64,000 nucleotides of DNA from Kudoa neothunni (Eukaryota > Animalia > Cnidaria): NCBI GenBank assembly GCA_964304625.1, contig OZ199838.1, positions 6,435,731-6,499,730 on the forward strand, given 5' to 3'. Every line of letters begins with the position of its first letter. The first letter of the stretch is position 1. Below are positions 1 through 13,285 of the stretch, in pieces. The notes below the pieces were generated by a model, which was not told where the DNA came from, ran no database searches, and saw only the letters and a program-made list of their open reading frames with translations. The translations under genes and the position numbers were made by a program.

Positions 1-413
1 TTATTAAATTATGTTGAATTGTTTTGAAAAAATTTTTTTTGTAGTCTATTTTCTACTCGAAAAATTATGATAATAACTAATCTTGTATGTGAAAACTTAA
101 TCCTCTTTTAAACACTCGACAACAAACATTACATAATGCTTATTTAGGTCCCCTTATCAATATCGTATATTGTGATTTTAATACAAAGTTTTAAATATAT
201 TAAAGTTTTGTTTTTTCAAATTAATTTTAATTTATGATAAAGAATTAAAAGATTCGATGAATAGCCAAATATTACAAAAATCACTTTCCATGAATATTTA
301 TAATTTACAAATTCCCGAAATTATTATACAAAATATCATTTCTCATTTTTAGTTAAATAATCTATACAAAATACTTTACGATAATTAGGTGACTCTATTT
401 GATCAATTTATAT

Positions 414-634
414 TTGGACTAAAAAGAGGCCCACTGAGCCTTTGTGTAACTTTTTGAAAAAGCTGATAAAAACATATAGAATGAAAAAGTTTTTTGATTC
501 CTGTAAATAAAATTACACTAAATTTATGATATAATTTGTGTAACATTAATTTTGTAATATAGAAATCCTTATATTTATAAGCATTTAATTAAATTTTGGA
601 CCAAAAAAGGGCCCACCGAGCCTTCAAGGGTTAA
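414..634. mobile_element. Right end of a piggyBac-like non-autonomous element
   Basis: Subterminal direct repeat TTTGGACyAAAAArrGGCCCACyGAGCCTT at ~414-442 and ~595-624. Ends in ...AAGGG followed by TTAA (piggyBac GGG|TTAA signature). Left end not seen. Confidence 0.45.
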
Positions 635-2374
635 CGTAGTTTACCTAATATTAGGGGATTTTACGAAAAAAAATCTATCTTTTTCTTAAATATGGCGTAT
701 TATTTAAAAATTGGGGGTTTTTAGGTCTCCCTTTTTTAATTTTAAAATTTTCTTTGTATAATGGTTTATTATTTTAAATTTTTTCACATATTTTAGAAAG
801 TTTTGAACTAAAAATAAATGCTACGGCAAACGGAACTTAATCAAAACGGAGAATTCGTTATTACTGTTTTAACTTTCTTGCAATATCATATGGATTTTTT
901 CCTCATTTCTATTTTTGTCTTTACATTCATCTGACAATGGTGCATTCTAATATTTTTTTAATTTTTACATAAGAGACATTGAATTATTAATTTTTCAAAA
1001 TTTACAATTTTAAGGAATATTCATATTGTCAATTTTGCAATTTTTTCGTTTGATATTTACATAAATACTCATTTAATTTTTCGACTATCGTATTTTTTTA
1101 TTTAAATTTGAAAAATCGAAAGAAATGTTTATAATAAGCATCAATGTATTTTTCTTGCAAAAAATATTGCGTCGTTTTTATTAATTATCATAAAACTTAT
1201 CCGGCATTATAATTTTTTCCTATTGGTTAATAATTTTGAATTCTTCATTTTATCCTGTTTAAGATAATTTTTATCATGAATAAAAATAGGAGGAACGTAT
1301 GTTTCATATTCGCACAGGCACAAATAATGTCGGGTTAATTTTTCCTGGTTCCTGTATACTAAATTTTAAATTAACCTATGACTTAATTTTTTTACCCCTA
1401 ATTAGTTTGAGGATCTACTTTTTTGGCAAGTTGAAGAGTTAATTGTACTATAAACTTTTCAATAAGAAATGTTAAAATTAATAACCTTTTAAAATTTAGT
1501 ATATATTTGACGAGCGATTAATCTGTATTGAATTCGTTTTTACTTATATTTTTTAAAATATTGTACAACGGTCAGTTAATCGAAACATTTGAGAAATTGA
1601 TAAGAATTCACATATATACTCCTTTTGTTTAATAAAATCGTTGCTAATCGGTACTTACTAATAGTAAACATGAATAGGAACTGATGAGAATTCTTTATTT
1701 GTTAATTAATTTTTAGCGGTGTATTTTATTTGCTTTTTCGAAATTTTATTATAATTTTTCCTTTAATATAAGACAGATTATCCTTATACTATACTAAAAC
1801 AGTCACTTGATTGTTCATATTCAAACGCTTATTGAGTATTGGGTTTTTAATTTAAAATTTAAAAAGGAAATGATTTATTTCTTCTTAATCCGAACTTTTT
1901 CAGTATAGTTTACCGTATCATTGGGAAATTGGATTGTCAAGGATTAATTTTTACATAATGATTTTGACGTTACTAACAAATTTTGAAACATCGTATATTT
2001 CTTTATAATCCCATTTTTCATGAAAATATGCTGTGTTATTATTGGAATGGTATAATAAAAAATATTGTTATTATAATTTTAATACTGAAAAATTTGATAT
2101 ATTTCAGAGATAAAGATATAATTTAATTTTTTAAAAATGAAATATTTAAAGGAATCTTAAGTGATGCTAAGAACGCAATTTTTATGTGATAAAGTTTTAT
2201 ATTCGTTTAAATTTAATATTTAATGTATTCAGTTATCTTTGTTTCATTCAAGTTTCTTTTTTCTTTGATCCTCTGCAAACTTCACAATGAATTGTGAATG
2301 TGGGTATAGTTGAGACACGTTGGGATTCCGAAATATGTTACCTTAGAAATTTCAGACTATTTGAAATATTCTAG

Positions 2375-5300
2375 GGACACTGAGGTGGGTATTATACCTG
2401 TAGCTTTATTGAACACTTCGAAATCTATTTATAGCACAGTATATTAAATTAATTTGTGATATTCAATGTTATGCTTACGGCATTTATAGGTCATGGAGAA
2501 TATCTCAAATATTCTCAGTAGCGTACTTTTGCAAACTCACGAAGAAAATACAATGTTAACTTCAGGTGATATTAATTATTGACGTTTTTATTATGTTGGG
2601 TTGATTTCGATAGGAAAAACAAGATCATTTTCGACGTTTGCAATTGTCCCTGCCTCCGAAGATGTGCCCTTTGACAACTTTTGCTACGAATTGTTTCTTG
2701 CTATGGAATATTTGGGTAGAAGTTTTTAACGAATCTTGATCATTACATCACTATTTATGTATACTGTAGGAAACACATGCTTGATTAGTAGAAAAAATTA
2801 CGAGAAAATCTTCTCCGAAGGAGTACAAACTAAAAATATTCTTCAATCGAATTTTATTTCTCAAATGGAACTCATCTATGAAAATATTTTATTCAAAGCC
2901 GATTATGAATATACCAATTGGACAAAAATTTGTCTTCGTCAAGTAATCAACACCAAATTCAACGTGTCCAATTTCTCTGATTGGATATAGGCTGATGTTG
3001 TGCTTATTGTGGCATTAGCTTCAGAAGAACCCCAAAAAACAAATGTAAATTTTGTGAAATAAATTAACAAATATTATTTTTTTCATAGTTTTTGAGAAAA
3101 GTTGAAAACTCAAAAAGCTGTCGTGTGCAAAGACATTTAATATTATTGCATGAAGCAGAACGATACCGAACCAAAAATATCACCAGATCTTGGTTGTCAA
3201 CTCTCAAGCCAATATCTGCTCATTATCATGTATTCAATTAAGTTTAAAATAGTTTTTGATTTAATTCTGTGGTTTGCGATTTTTAGATACGTCTATCGAA
3301 CAAATATTTCAACAAAAAAATATCCATCGAAAAACTGGTTGATATTTTTAGCTGTTTATTGGTTAGAATTCTTTTAGTATAAAAAACATCGTGAGTACAT
3401 CAACTTTCCTTCAAGGTAGTGAACTTTGTTTTTGAGAATTCTATTAATTGCTACTATTACTATAGAACGTCTGATATTTGTCGTCTCGCTCGAACTCTCA
3501 CTGGAAATGCTATCGGGTTGTGTTTAGGTGGTGGAGGCGCCAGGTATAATCAATTAAATACATTTTGTTTATTACATTATATCATTTAATTCCTTTAGAG
3601 GTATTTCACATTTGGGTGTGATAAAATCTTTGGAAGATCATGGTAACACTGGTGTTGTGGTTACTTTTTCATTAATTAGTCGAAGGTATTCCAATTGACA
3701 TGGTTGGTGGGACAAGTATGGGATCGTTTGTAGGTGCAGCTTATGCTATCAACTCCGATCTTTCCCAAACCATCAAACTGACAAACAAAGTGTCGCAGGT
3801 AGTTGTTTTTCGAATTTCAGAGTTACGCTAGAAATTATATTAAGTTTGGCGATTGTTTATTATATTTATATCCTAACAAATACAATCGAACTCCGTTTAT
3901 CCAAAATATGAGTATTCGAAAGGAAAATGCTGGTTCCCAATATTTTTGGATAATCGGGGTTCGGCTGTATAAGATTTTGTTTATAAAAAATTATCAAACG
4001 TAAAATAAATTTGGTCAGCGCTAATAATTATATAAATATATATTACTTCTTTCTTTATATTAATACAAAAATTGGTAATATATGACGATAACTTGTTTGG
4101 AATTTTAAGTTTTTTAAATTTAATATTTAAAAAATAAAAGAATATGCTTTAAAACGTCTTATTAAAAATTATTACTCATATTTACTCATAGAACAATAAA
4201 TTCTTAACTAATTAGATATTTTTTCATTATTTGTATGTGGTTATCCATTTTTTTTTGAAAAAATAATTTTTTAATAGTTTCCAATCATTTGTATTTTTTC
4301 AGTTCGCGAGCAATTACTAAATGCAGTATTTCCTAACCATTTTAGCATGACCTACAAAACGATTATACGTTTGTGTACGAAACGGTGAAAATCCTAAAAA
4401 CCCGCCTAATATAAAACTTCTAACACCGAGCAGGAATAAATTCCACATAAAAACTTAAATCTTTTTATTACTTTATAATTGAGGAATTTCTGAATAATTG
4501 AAGTTTCATTGAATGTTTATAACGTGGCGACTTATTACTTTATAAACAATTTAAAAATGATTTTTTAAAATTATATCATTTCACAGGGGCTTTCCAAAAT
4601 TTTGTATTATATATTCGATGTCACACTTCCATTGGTATCCCTATTCACTGGTAGTTAACCCCCATTTAAATTTTTTTATTTTATAAATAAATTATATTTC
4701 GATTTAGGCAAATATTTCAATGACTGCATCAAACAACCATTCGGTAATATTCATATTGAAGATTTGGTTCTACCATACTTTTGTGTTACCGTTGATTTGA
4801 CGGATGTCAACAAAAGAGAACATCATTCCGGAATTCTATGGAAATATGTTCGTTCGAGTATGTCATTGCCCACATATGTGCCGCCTTTGTGTGACCCTGT
4901 GGATGGCCATTTGTTAATCGATGGTGGATTCATAAACAATCTTCCAGCTGACATTATGAGAGATAGAGGTGCCAATATTGTGCTGGCTGTGGACGTGAGC
5001 TCTGGAGACACCAACAATTTCACCAATTATGGTGATACACTTTCTGGATGGAGAGTGTTATTGGGAAAAATCTGCCCATTTGTTTCCCCAATCAATGTCC
5101 CAAACATGTCTGAAATTCAGTGTCGTTTAGCCTATGTTTGTTTTCACGCACAGCAAAATCTAGTGAAAACCCTCGACAACACTATCTACCTTCGTCCCCC
5201 AATAGAAAAGTATCCTCATTCCAGTCTAGTTGTTGTTGTATTACGTGGGATTCGTTTTTGATAGGTATTCGACACTCCAGTTCAACGATTTTACTGAAAT

Positions 5301-5766
5301 TTTTGTACGAATCCTTTCAACCTTACATCTGCTATATCTTACCGATAAAACATTGTCTAAATTATCTTCCATATAGGACAAAGGCTACAATTATATGAAC
5401 GATGTGCTCAGCGCCAATCATGATACCTATCATACACATCAATCCATTTTTCAAAAACTTATTGATAACGATTCCTTTCATAAGAAAATTGTATTAGACT
5501 CTCTAACCCTCTACTATCAATATAATTCTATTTCTTTAACTGTGCCAAATTTTAGATTAAAAGAATGGTACAAAAGGATGCGGCTTCGGCTCTTAGAAAA
5601 ATTCGCCCATTCAAGGATCTACATACTGCAACCATCAATCCCCCTCCGCAATCTTCCTACCGAAAAAAAACGGTCTCGATCCTACAATTCTATGCACAGT
5701 GAAGCGATACGTGTGTTCCATTCCCGGGAAGACCCAGGATACATATCCGATTCCATTCTTACATAG
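2375..5766 (+). CDS. PNPLA6/7: Neuropathy target esterase / patatin-like phospholipase (PNPLA6/7, swiss cheese), 3' portion, multi-exon
   Basis: Spliced reading gives RDTEVGIIP..., [85 protein letters not shown] (GxSxG nucleophile) and LLIDGGFINNLPAD (DGG). Introns are 40-70 nt plus one of 788 nt (3799-4586). Upstream exons were not found in the window, and the last-exon frame is ambiguous. Confidence 0.93.
3883..3967. mobile_element. 85-bp pogo/Tigger-type MITE in PNPLA6/7 intron
   Basis: TA flanks. TIRs CAATCGAACTCCGTTTATCCAAAA / TTTTGGATAATCGGGGTTCGGCTG. A solo end of the same family lies at ~59951-59974. Confidence 0.7.
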
Positions 5767-5777
5767 AAACAATATTT

Positions 5778-5789
5778 AATAAATTTATT
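5778..5789. terminator. Palindromic bidirectional polyadenylation signal AATAAA-TTTATT between convergent PNPLA6/7 and GTF2H5
   Basis: AATAAA on + (5778-5783) abuts AATAAA on - (5784-5789) within the 115-bp gap between the two stop codons. Confidence 0.5.
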
Positions 5790-5881
5790 TTTCAATATCT
5801 ATACATATAAAAAAAATTTATTTTCTAGCATACAAGCAAACGCTCGCTCATTTGATAGATATTGCGTAAGTGTATTGTCCC

Positions 5882-6146
5882 TCAATCATAATTGGCTCGA
5901 TATGACATACTATCCAATAGATTCCACAACCTATTTTGTAAGAAATCCAAATAGTTTTCATCTATAAATAAATGAGTTGAATCCAACTGGCGGATCACAA
6001 ATTTCGATGTTGGGGGTGATTGTTCATTGAGATATAAAATGAATTGTCTCACCACTGGATCACTAATTAAGCAATATAAAATATTAGCCCAAAAACTATC
6101 ATCAATACCACGATAATAAAACCCCCTTCACGGATGAATGTGTCAT
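5882..6146 (-). CDS. GTF2H5: TFIIH subunit 5 (TTDA/Tfb5), 72 aa, 2 exons (not in ORF track)
   Basis: Exons 6146-6109 and 6062-5882 around a 46-nt GT-AG intron give MTHSSVKGVLLSCDPVVRQFILYLNEQSPPTSKFVIRQLDSTHLFIDENYLDFLQNRLWNLLDSMSYRANYD. This matches the Tfb5 pattern KGVLIECDPAMKQFLLYL...KFIIQDIDDTHVF. Confidence 0.95.
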
Positions 6147-6174
6147 TTAATCCAATACAATCCGGCGAACTTAT

Positions 6175-6185
6175 ACGCACGCGCA
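6175..6185 (-). promoter_or_regulatory. NRF1/EWG-like motif TGCGCGTGCGT upstream of GTF2H5
   Basis: GC-rich 11-mer ~30 bp upstream of the ATG. An identical 11-mer lies next to the UBC9 start, with variants before RPS18, HERPUD-like and TRRAP. Confidence 0.5.
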
Positions 6186-6464
6186 GTTAAAAAATAGTTT
6201 AAGTTACGAATTTCCCTTTTTTTATTTTATTTGTCATAAAATAATATGGCAAATTATTCCACATATTTTTTTATGTTCCATCGTCCATCTGTTGACGAGG
6301 TACCATTTTGTTGAATGGTTTGAAATTTTATGTATCAAAAATAACAATATTTATTTATTAGCTTAGCTAATTGCAAGTTTTCAGTTATCGTTAAAACCAT
6401 TTTTTTATCATTTGTAGAATTTTTTTATATGAAACCGCACTCTTTAACGACGTGAAAAAACTAA

Positions 6465-6756
6465 CCTCTAACGCAGCAATTTTCAATCAGTGATCCACAA
6501 AGTTTGCTTCAACAATCTGCGGAACCGAAAAAATATAGAAACTAATAATAGGTATCTATTTACTACTACATATCGTCTAAGCCTTTCGCGATGTCGAATA
6601 AAATCCAAGAATAAGATCCTTTAATTTTTTATAAAACTAGTATTTTATTTATTTAAAATTTTTTTAACACTTTATATCTATGGGGATCCACAAGACAATT
6701 TGAGTTTGCCAGGTAACCCACGATTCGGAAAAGGTTGAAAATTATTGCGTTAGAGG
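6465..6756. mobile_element. hAT (Charlie/Buster-like) MITE with extended inverted termini
   Basis: 24-bp inverted repeat, 21/24 identical: CCTCTAACGCAGCAATTTTCAATC / GGTTGAAAATTATTGCGTTAGAGG. Confidence 0.55.
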
Positions 6757-7761
6757 ATGAAAATCAATGAGCCAAAACAACAACTTTAAAAATTTCATTA
6801 CAAATTGCCCTGGACGAATAATATGTATAAAAGCTTCTTAATAAGTATTTAAAAATGCTTTCATGACCAATTACGTTATTATTATGGATAACATTAACAT
6901 CAAGCATTTTCATCGGTTACTTAGGCTTGAGTTCTCCATATTTTTGGATACTTTATAAAAATTTAAATTTAAAATCTATATAAAAATATAATAGAATAAT
7001 TTCTTAACAAAGATTCGTTCTGCGTTTAGTAACGAAATCAGAACTTTAGACAATAATTTTGCAGCCAGATTTAAGGTGGGAATTATGAGCTCTACTAAAT
7101 AAACATCGAATAACCTTGCTGTAAAAATATAAAAATTAGATTTATTGATTAACTTAATGTTTTTATATTAAATAAAAATTTAAATCTCTTAGTCTAAAAA
7201 TTAGGCGTCTTGAGGGAGTTAAATAGTATAAAAACAGATTGTAATAGCTAAAAATTAAGTCTTTTATTATTAGGATGTAGATTTTTGTTTAATTTATAAA
7301 GTTGGAAAAATTGAAGACTTATACATTGAAAATTATTGCAGGAGGAACATTTTTGTAATGCATCCAGCGAAAAATGTCTAAAATCGATCACGCACACACG
7401 TTTTTGATGACGTCATACAAAAAAATTGTTTCAATTTTATCATTTAGAGAAACTCATATTATATTTTAATTACAAATATTTATAAATTATTTTATCGAAC
7501 TTGTACCATCAACAAAATTAAGTTAAACTTTGAACGATGAAGCGTTTGAATATACAAAGATAATAACAAACTGATACTTATAAAGTATAATTACTTTATT
7601 AAACTGTGATTTGCACCATTTTTGAATAATATCTGTAAACATATTGTTTAATATTATATCGAGATTAATTTTATGTTAATGTTGCGTTGTATAAAACGAA
7701 AAACTTCAAGCATATATCTATATTTAAATGAAATTTATTGATGGAAGTAATTGATTTAAAT

Positions 7762-8311
7762 CAAGGGTCGGCAACCTACGTCCCGTCAGTTATTTCTATC
7801 CGGTCCGCCATGCATTGACTGGCAGAAAATTTTTTTCTTAATATCTAAAGTATCTAAATACTTTTCAAGTTGTTATCTAGATGGTTTTTCTAAATTTTTG
7901 ATGTTGTCAATGTAAACATTTTAGTAGACTAAAATTCATTTTCATTAGATCAGAAAACCGGAATAAATATGGCTGTTAAATAACGTTTAAATTATTTCAA
8001 TATAAGTATAGAATATTTTTAAAAAAGCATGTAGGTAAATCTCAAGATATTTGACCTAGTCCAATAAATCCTTCATTCACAAGTTTGGCACGAGTTTATT
8101 ACACTGCGCGTGAAAATTATTTGATTATAATAATTTTGATTTGACGTAATTTTATAGTTTAAATGACTTTTACAAATCCTTATTCAGACATTTAAATTCA
8201 AAATTTGAATTAAGAATTATTCAATATTTTAGTAGATTAATTTAATAGGGCCCGAATTAGAGTTAGGGTATGTCTGTTCAACCCGTCACTCAAAAAGGTT
8301 ACCGAAACCTG
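7762..8311. mobile_element. 550-bp hAT (Charlie/Buster-type) MITE
   Basis: TIRs CAAGGGTCGGCAACCT / AGGTTACCGAAACCTG with a perfect 8-bp TSD ATTTAAAT (7754-7761, 8312-8319). Confidence 0.85.
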
Positions 8312-9229
8312 ATTTAAATGATACGCTGACATGGTTAAGGTATAAAATGTCTAGGAACATTGAATATCCAACTTTCATGTAATATTGAAATCAATATATA
8401 GCTCTGAATGGTAATGAATTATATTTTCCTCGCACTCTTTAAATATACATTATAGTAAAAAATATTAGGCGAAATAAATTTTATCGCATCAAGGTATCTT
8501 TTCTATGGAGCTACGATCAAATCATATTCAACAAGAAATAACCGATGAATTCGATTTTAGCAGTTACGCAAGATGTCGAAAAGGATAACCTATACGAAAT
8601 GAAACCATTATACTTTTGATTGATGCCACGATTATTCAAAAGAATTAGGAACTTAATGTTATTATAGTAAGAAACTGTGTAATTAAGTGAGTTAAGTGAG
8701 GATACATATCAGTTTCTCACTTTTAATGGGTGCTGATATAAAGTCGCTCAAGCGAGATGTTCACTTGAGTTAACCCCATTTATATTTTGACAAAGTTTGG
8801 AATAACTCAGCAGAACAAAAACAACAAAATTTTCTATCTGAAATTTGGAGGAACGAAGACGCTACAAACAAAGTTCTCTAGCTGATCAAGGACGGCACCA
8901 TAATCGTAATGCTCACATCGTTAATGCTAAAACAAGAAGTCATCCTATTGAGGTCACAACTACTGATGCAAGTTGCACTAAGTTCAGTAATACACTCTGA
9001 TGCATGAGTGATCAAGGTTAAAAGTCCAAGTAACTTTGACGATTTTAATCAAACTCCTGTTACAAAAATCGGTTCAAACCATTATTGATGCCCAAACTAA
9101 GCAAAACCAAAGACACAGGAAGAGTGCTGACAACCCTAATCGGGCATTCGGCAAAATTTTGGCCGGTCAGATAAACAATTTATCAAAAAACACAAAAAAA
9201 TCTTATTATACATATTATGTTATGTAAAT

Positions 9230-11156
9230 TAAACATTGCTTCAATAACGTCAAAATTATGGCAACAGCGAGCTGACGTATCAAAAAATTCTCTTATTCGA
9301 ACCAGGCTATCCAATGTCGAACACAACATTTTTTTTCTCCTGATAGTCTTGAAAGCTCCAGCAGATGAAAATATTCTCTCTGTGGAAGCGTTGCTTAGGG
9401 GAAGTAAAATAAATGAAATTCATTTTCCAATTGAATTAAAGCCACTATGTTCAGAAACCTGACTCTAAAATTCGAGTGAACTCAACTTTGTGACGTCATC
9501 GCACCCTAAAAATTGAGATTCCAATTTACTTCGTTAATTAGCCTGTATTCTAGCTCAGCGAATTTGTTCTTAAATGAATTATTTGGAAACATATGAAATT
9601 GAGATTAAATTTTTGGATTTAATACGTAGGTTGGTTTTAAAAAAGTAACTTTTCTTATTTGCTCGTATGAATTAAATGCCCTAGCGCTTAATTCACTTAA
9701 TATTTTTTCGACACCATTTAGCTAGGATTTTTGTATCACATTCTGGAATTAATTCCATGAATTTAAAGCCATAATCGATTTCATTTAAGTGTTTTGGCAG
9801 TTCCAAGTGATTGTACAATCTAGAATTAAATGATTTCACCAATATATTAACGTGTTCAATTGCAACCTGTGGATCAATAAATTCCATTACGACTAGCTTG
9901 TTTTTTTCTCCTGTAGTTTTATAACGGGAGACACAAAAATGAACAGCCTCTCTTACTCAATATTTTATAGGAGGTCAAGGTTAACTTGTGCCTTATATTT
10001 TTGATTAGCTTTAAGTTCGAGTAAGATACTTGTAAAATATTGAACAGGAATGCCTCAATTATTGATCAGGCGCTCAATTATTTCACTTCTACAAAGCCAT
10101 CTTGTTTGAGTGCACATTTTAAATGGTGGATTTACGTCATCAATGTCATCTGAAACGGAGGACTCTACGAAGTTTTCAAAAAGTTTCAAATATTCCATTT
10201 TCCATTTGTTGCTCTTCTTGAACAACTTTGGAATATTTTTCCAAATACCACACATGTTTGGTGGAAGTTCAGAAAACGCTTCTTCAGCAACTTTGTTGAG
10301 CGAATGGCATAGACAAGTAAATCGAGTTACACTCGTATTTTTATTAAGTATTCTAGTCAAAACACTATTATTTATCCCGGTCGTAATAACAGCTCCATCA
10401 GATCCATATCCTATTAAATTCTTGTAGTTTAGTCCAAATAATGCAATCGAACTATCAAGACTGTTAAAAATAGTTTCGGCGTCTGTTTTTTCATTTGCCT
10501 TAATTTCGAACAATCGCGTTACAGCTGTTTTCTCCACAATAGAATAGAATAAAATGACTATGCCCAAGTGAGGTTTTATATTCATGTCTGGCCATTCATC
10601 AATTAAAATTGAAAATGGTTGATCCTCTAAGTCATATTTCAATTTCATCTTAATTGATTTTGATATTGCCTTAAATAAAAATAAAATAAGTAAAAATTAG
10701 TTCAAATACATTATTGAAGATAACAGAATATTTGGTGTGATAAACATTAAAGTCCTTTCCAAGATTTGAACAATCTGTATTTGTACACATAACTTGCTTC
10801 ATAATAATTCCTAAATGGTCTGCTGCTACATTACGAGTATTAATGGCAATTGATGCTGAAAATCGTATTTCTGATATTTTGGTATCAACGTATGTCTTTG
10901 GTTTGAAGACATATTTGTTTTCGTATATTTTTGATAGGTTCATTCTTGATTTAATATCGATATGTCTCTTAGAATCAAAAACGGAAATATAATTATAATT
11001 ATTGTCGTTATTATTAATATTTATAACTTTCATGATCACCAAATGCTGATATTCTAAGCTGAAATGAGGTATCACACCAATTACAAATACATTTATTTGA
11101 AGATTTCTCGTACTGAAGCCAAGATCTATTAGTTTTCCATTTTTCCTGAAACGCAC
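9230..11156 (-). pseudogene. Degenerate hAT transposase (ZNF862/Tip100-like)
   Basis: Fragments FSILIDEWPD, GYGSDGA, CLCHSLN, TRWL and the C-terminal dimerisation motif LPLSNASTERIFS, broken by stops and frameshifts. Confidence 0.85.
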
Positions 11157-11624
11157 GACAAGTGCCTAGTTTTATTATAGTGTTTTATGATGCATCAGCC
11201 ATTTTAAAATTAAACGCGAAAAAATCAGACAAATTCGGACAACGCTGCATAGGAAGAATTTATGTTAAACAACCTGAAAGCGAAATCAGCGATGGCGTCA
11301 TATAAGGTCTAACAAAGTTATAGATGAATGAAAAAATTTGAATTTAAAATTCGAAGTAACTGAAGTTTCTTTTTTTATCAAAATGTTGTATTACCCCCGA
11401 AACAATATAATCACATCATTTAATATAGATTCGAAATGTATCAAATATCGTTGAAATTTTGTATTATAACTACAATTTTACACAAAATTCATCTCAAATT
11501 AACTCGGTATGAAACTTAGGAAATCCCAGAAAAGCAGGACAAATAAGCCTGCAATGACGATGTTCGTCGTACATTACCGAAACTTGTTCGGAGCGTAACG
11601 TGACATATTGCGTCGAACTGAGCT

Positions 11625-12192
11625 ATGGGTAAGCATGTTTTGAAAGAGCACAAGCAGTTGGTCTACAGAACGCTTTTTGACATGGGTGTTCTTGTCGCCA
11701 AAAAAGATAACTTTGCCAAGGAACATGTAACTCTTCCTAGTGTACCAAATCTGGATGTGTTCTTGTTGATGAGGGTAAGTTTACTGTTTGTTGCTGAATA
11801 GCTCATTAATCACGGTAAAATATTGTAGACACTTAAATCGAAAAAATGCGTAACCGAAACATTTTCATGGACTTATCATTATTGGACTCTCACCGACGAA
11901 GGTATTGCTACACTTAGAAAGGAGTTGGGAATTCCTGCCGATGTTATCCCTGCAACACTTAAGAAAACCTCCAAAAATATTGGAATCTCCGGTGACATGA
12001 AAGGTATCTTAATTTGTGTCGTTTTTGTTGGTTCAATTTGTTTAACTTGTGCATTCTATAAGGATCGCTGAAGAACAATGAGTTGGACAAAGAACGCATG
12101 GAATACAATCAATCTGCTGAGCCAGTGGTATGAATGTTGATTTATTGATATGTAACCTAATTTGGTTTCGTTAGGCCCCAACTACCGCTTAA
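11625..12192 (+). CDS. RPS10: 40S ribosomal protein S10 (eS10), 135 aa, 4 exons (not in ORF track)
   Basis: Exons 11625-11774, 11829-12003, 12063-12127, 12175-12192 give MGKHVLKEHKQLVYRTLFDMGVLVAKKD...VPNLDVFLLMRTLKSKKCVTETFSWTYHYWTLTDEGIATLRKELGIPADVIPATLKK (S10_plectin domain). Confidence 0.95.
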
Positions 12193-12678
12193 CAGTAGAA
12201 TTTTATGTTGTACCTGACTCTAGGCTCGTATTTAGTGTTTTTTTCTGTTATTTATTTGTTTTTTTCTGTGTACAACGTTTTCTATCTCTCGGATACATGA
12301 ATTTTGTTAAGTAAGTAAAATAGTTGAGTTCTAGTAATTAGCAATTTAAGGACCTTCCTAGAGGCAGTTAACTTTGTTATAGTGTTATAGTGTTATTTTA
12401 AATTTTCTTTTTTATACGCTCGAGGAAGTGTGTTTGTTGTTTAAATAGATTATTTGAGGTGAAATGTCTCTTTGTATGCTTTCGTAACGAATCGTCACAG
12501 CTCCACTGTACTAGATTATCATTACCAATTTCTGTTATTTTCAAACGAATCTTTCCCAATGGTGTAAAAATTAAATTTGCTTAGAATTAAGAATTAATTT
12601 GGTAATCTTTATTGCTCACACGATGGGAGTAAGTCAGTATGCTCCGAAAATTGCCGAGTCGTGAGCGTGCGTGATAAA

Positions 12679-13285
12679 ATGGTATATGCCGTTGTTGGGG
12701 TTTACATCATATAAGTTGATTTTATAGTCGTTAATTTTGCCAGAAAAGTTTCAACACATTCTCCGTATTTACAACACAAATGTTGAAGGGGATCAAAGCT
12801 GTGGAATAGCTCTCACTGGAATCAAAGGTATTGGAAGACGATTCGCCGACCTTATCCTTAAGAAAGCTGGAATTCCAAGCTCAAAAAGAGCTGGTGAGTT
12901 GAGCAACGAAGAAGTACTATTATTCAGCGCTTGAAGGTTGTACATATGATTTCTTCTTAGATCGACAAACTTATGGACATCACCGCCAATCCCTTAAACT
13001 ACAACATTCCGAAGTGGATGTTGAACAGACAACACGATCCTCGTGATGGAAAATACACCCATCTTGTTTCCAATCAGCTCGACGCCAGGTTGAGAGATGA
13101 TCTTAACTTGTTGAGAAAAATCCGTTGCAACCGGGGTCTACGTCACTTCTGGGGGTGATTCTTTATTTTACTGTTTTCTTACTAAAGCTAACGATCTGTT
13201 GTGTAGGCTTAAGGTTCGTGGTCAACATACCAAAACTACTGGTCGTAGAGGAAATGCTGTTGGTGTTTCCAAGAGAAAGGCGTGA
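12679..13285 (+). CDS. RPS18: 40S ribosomal protein S18 (uS13), 4 exons
   Basis: ATG then intron 12682-12727, followed by [19 protein letters not shown]...[17 protein letters not shown]...RGLRHFWG|[15 protein letters not shown]...VGVSKRKA*. Confidence 0.97.
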
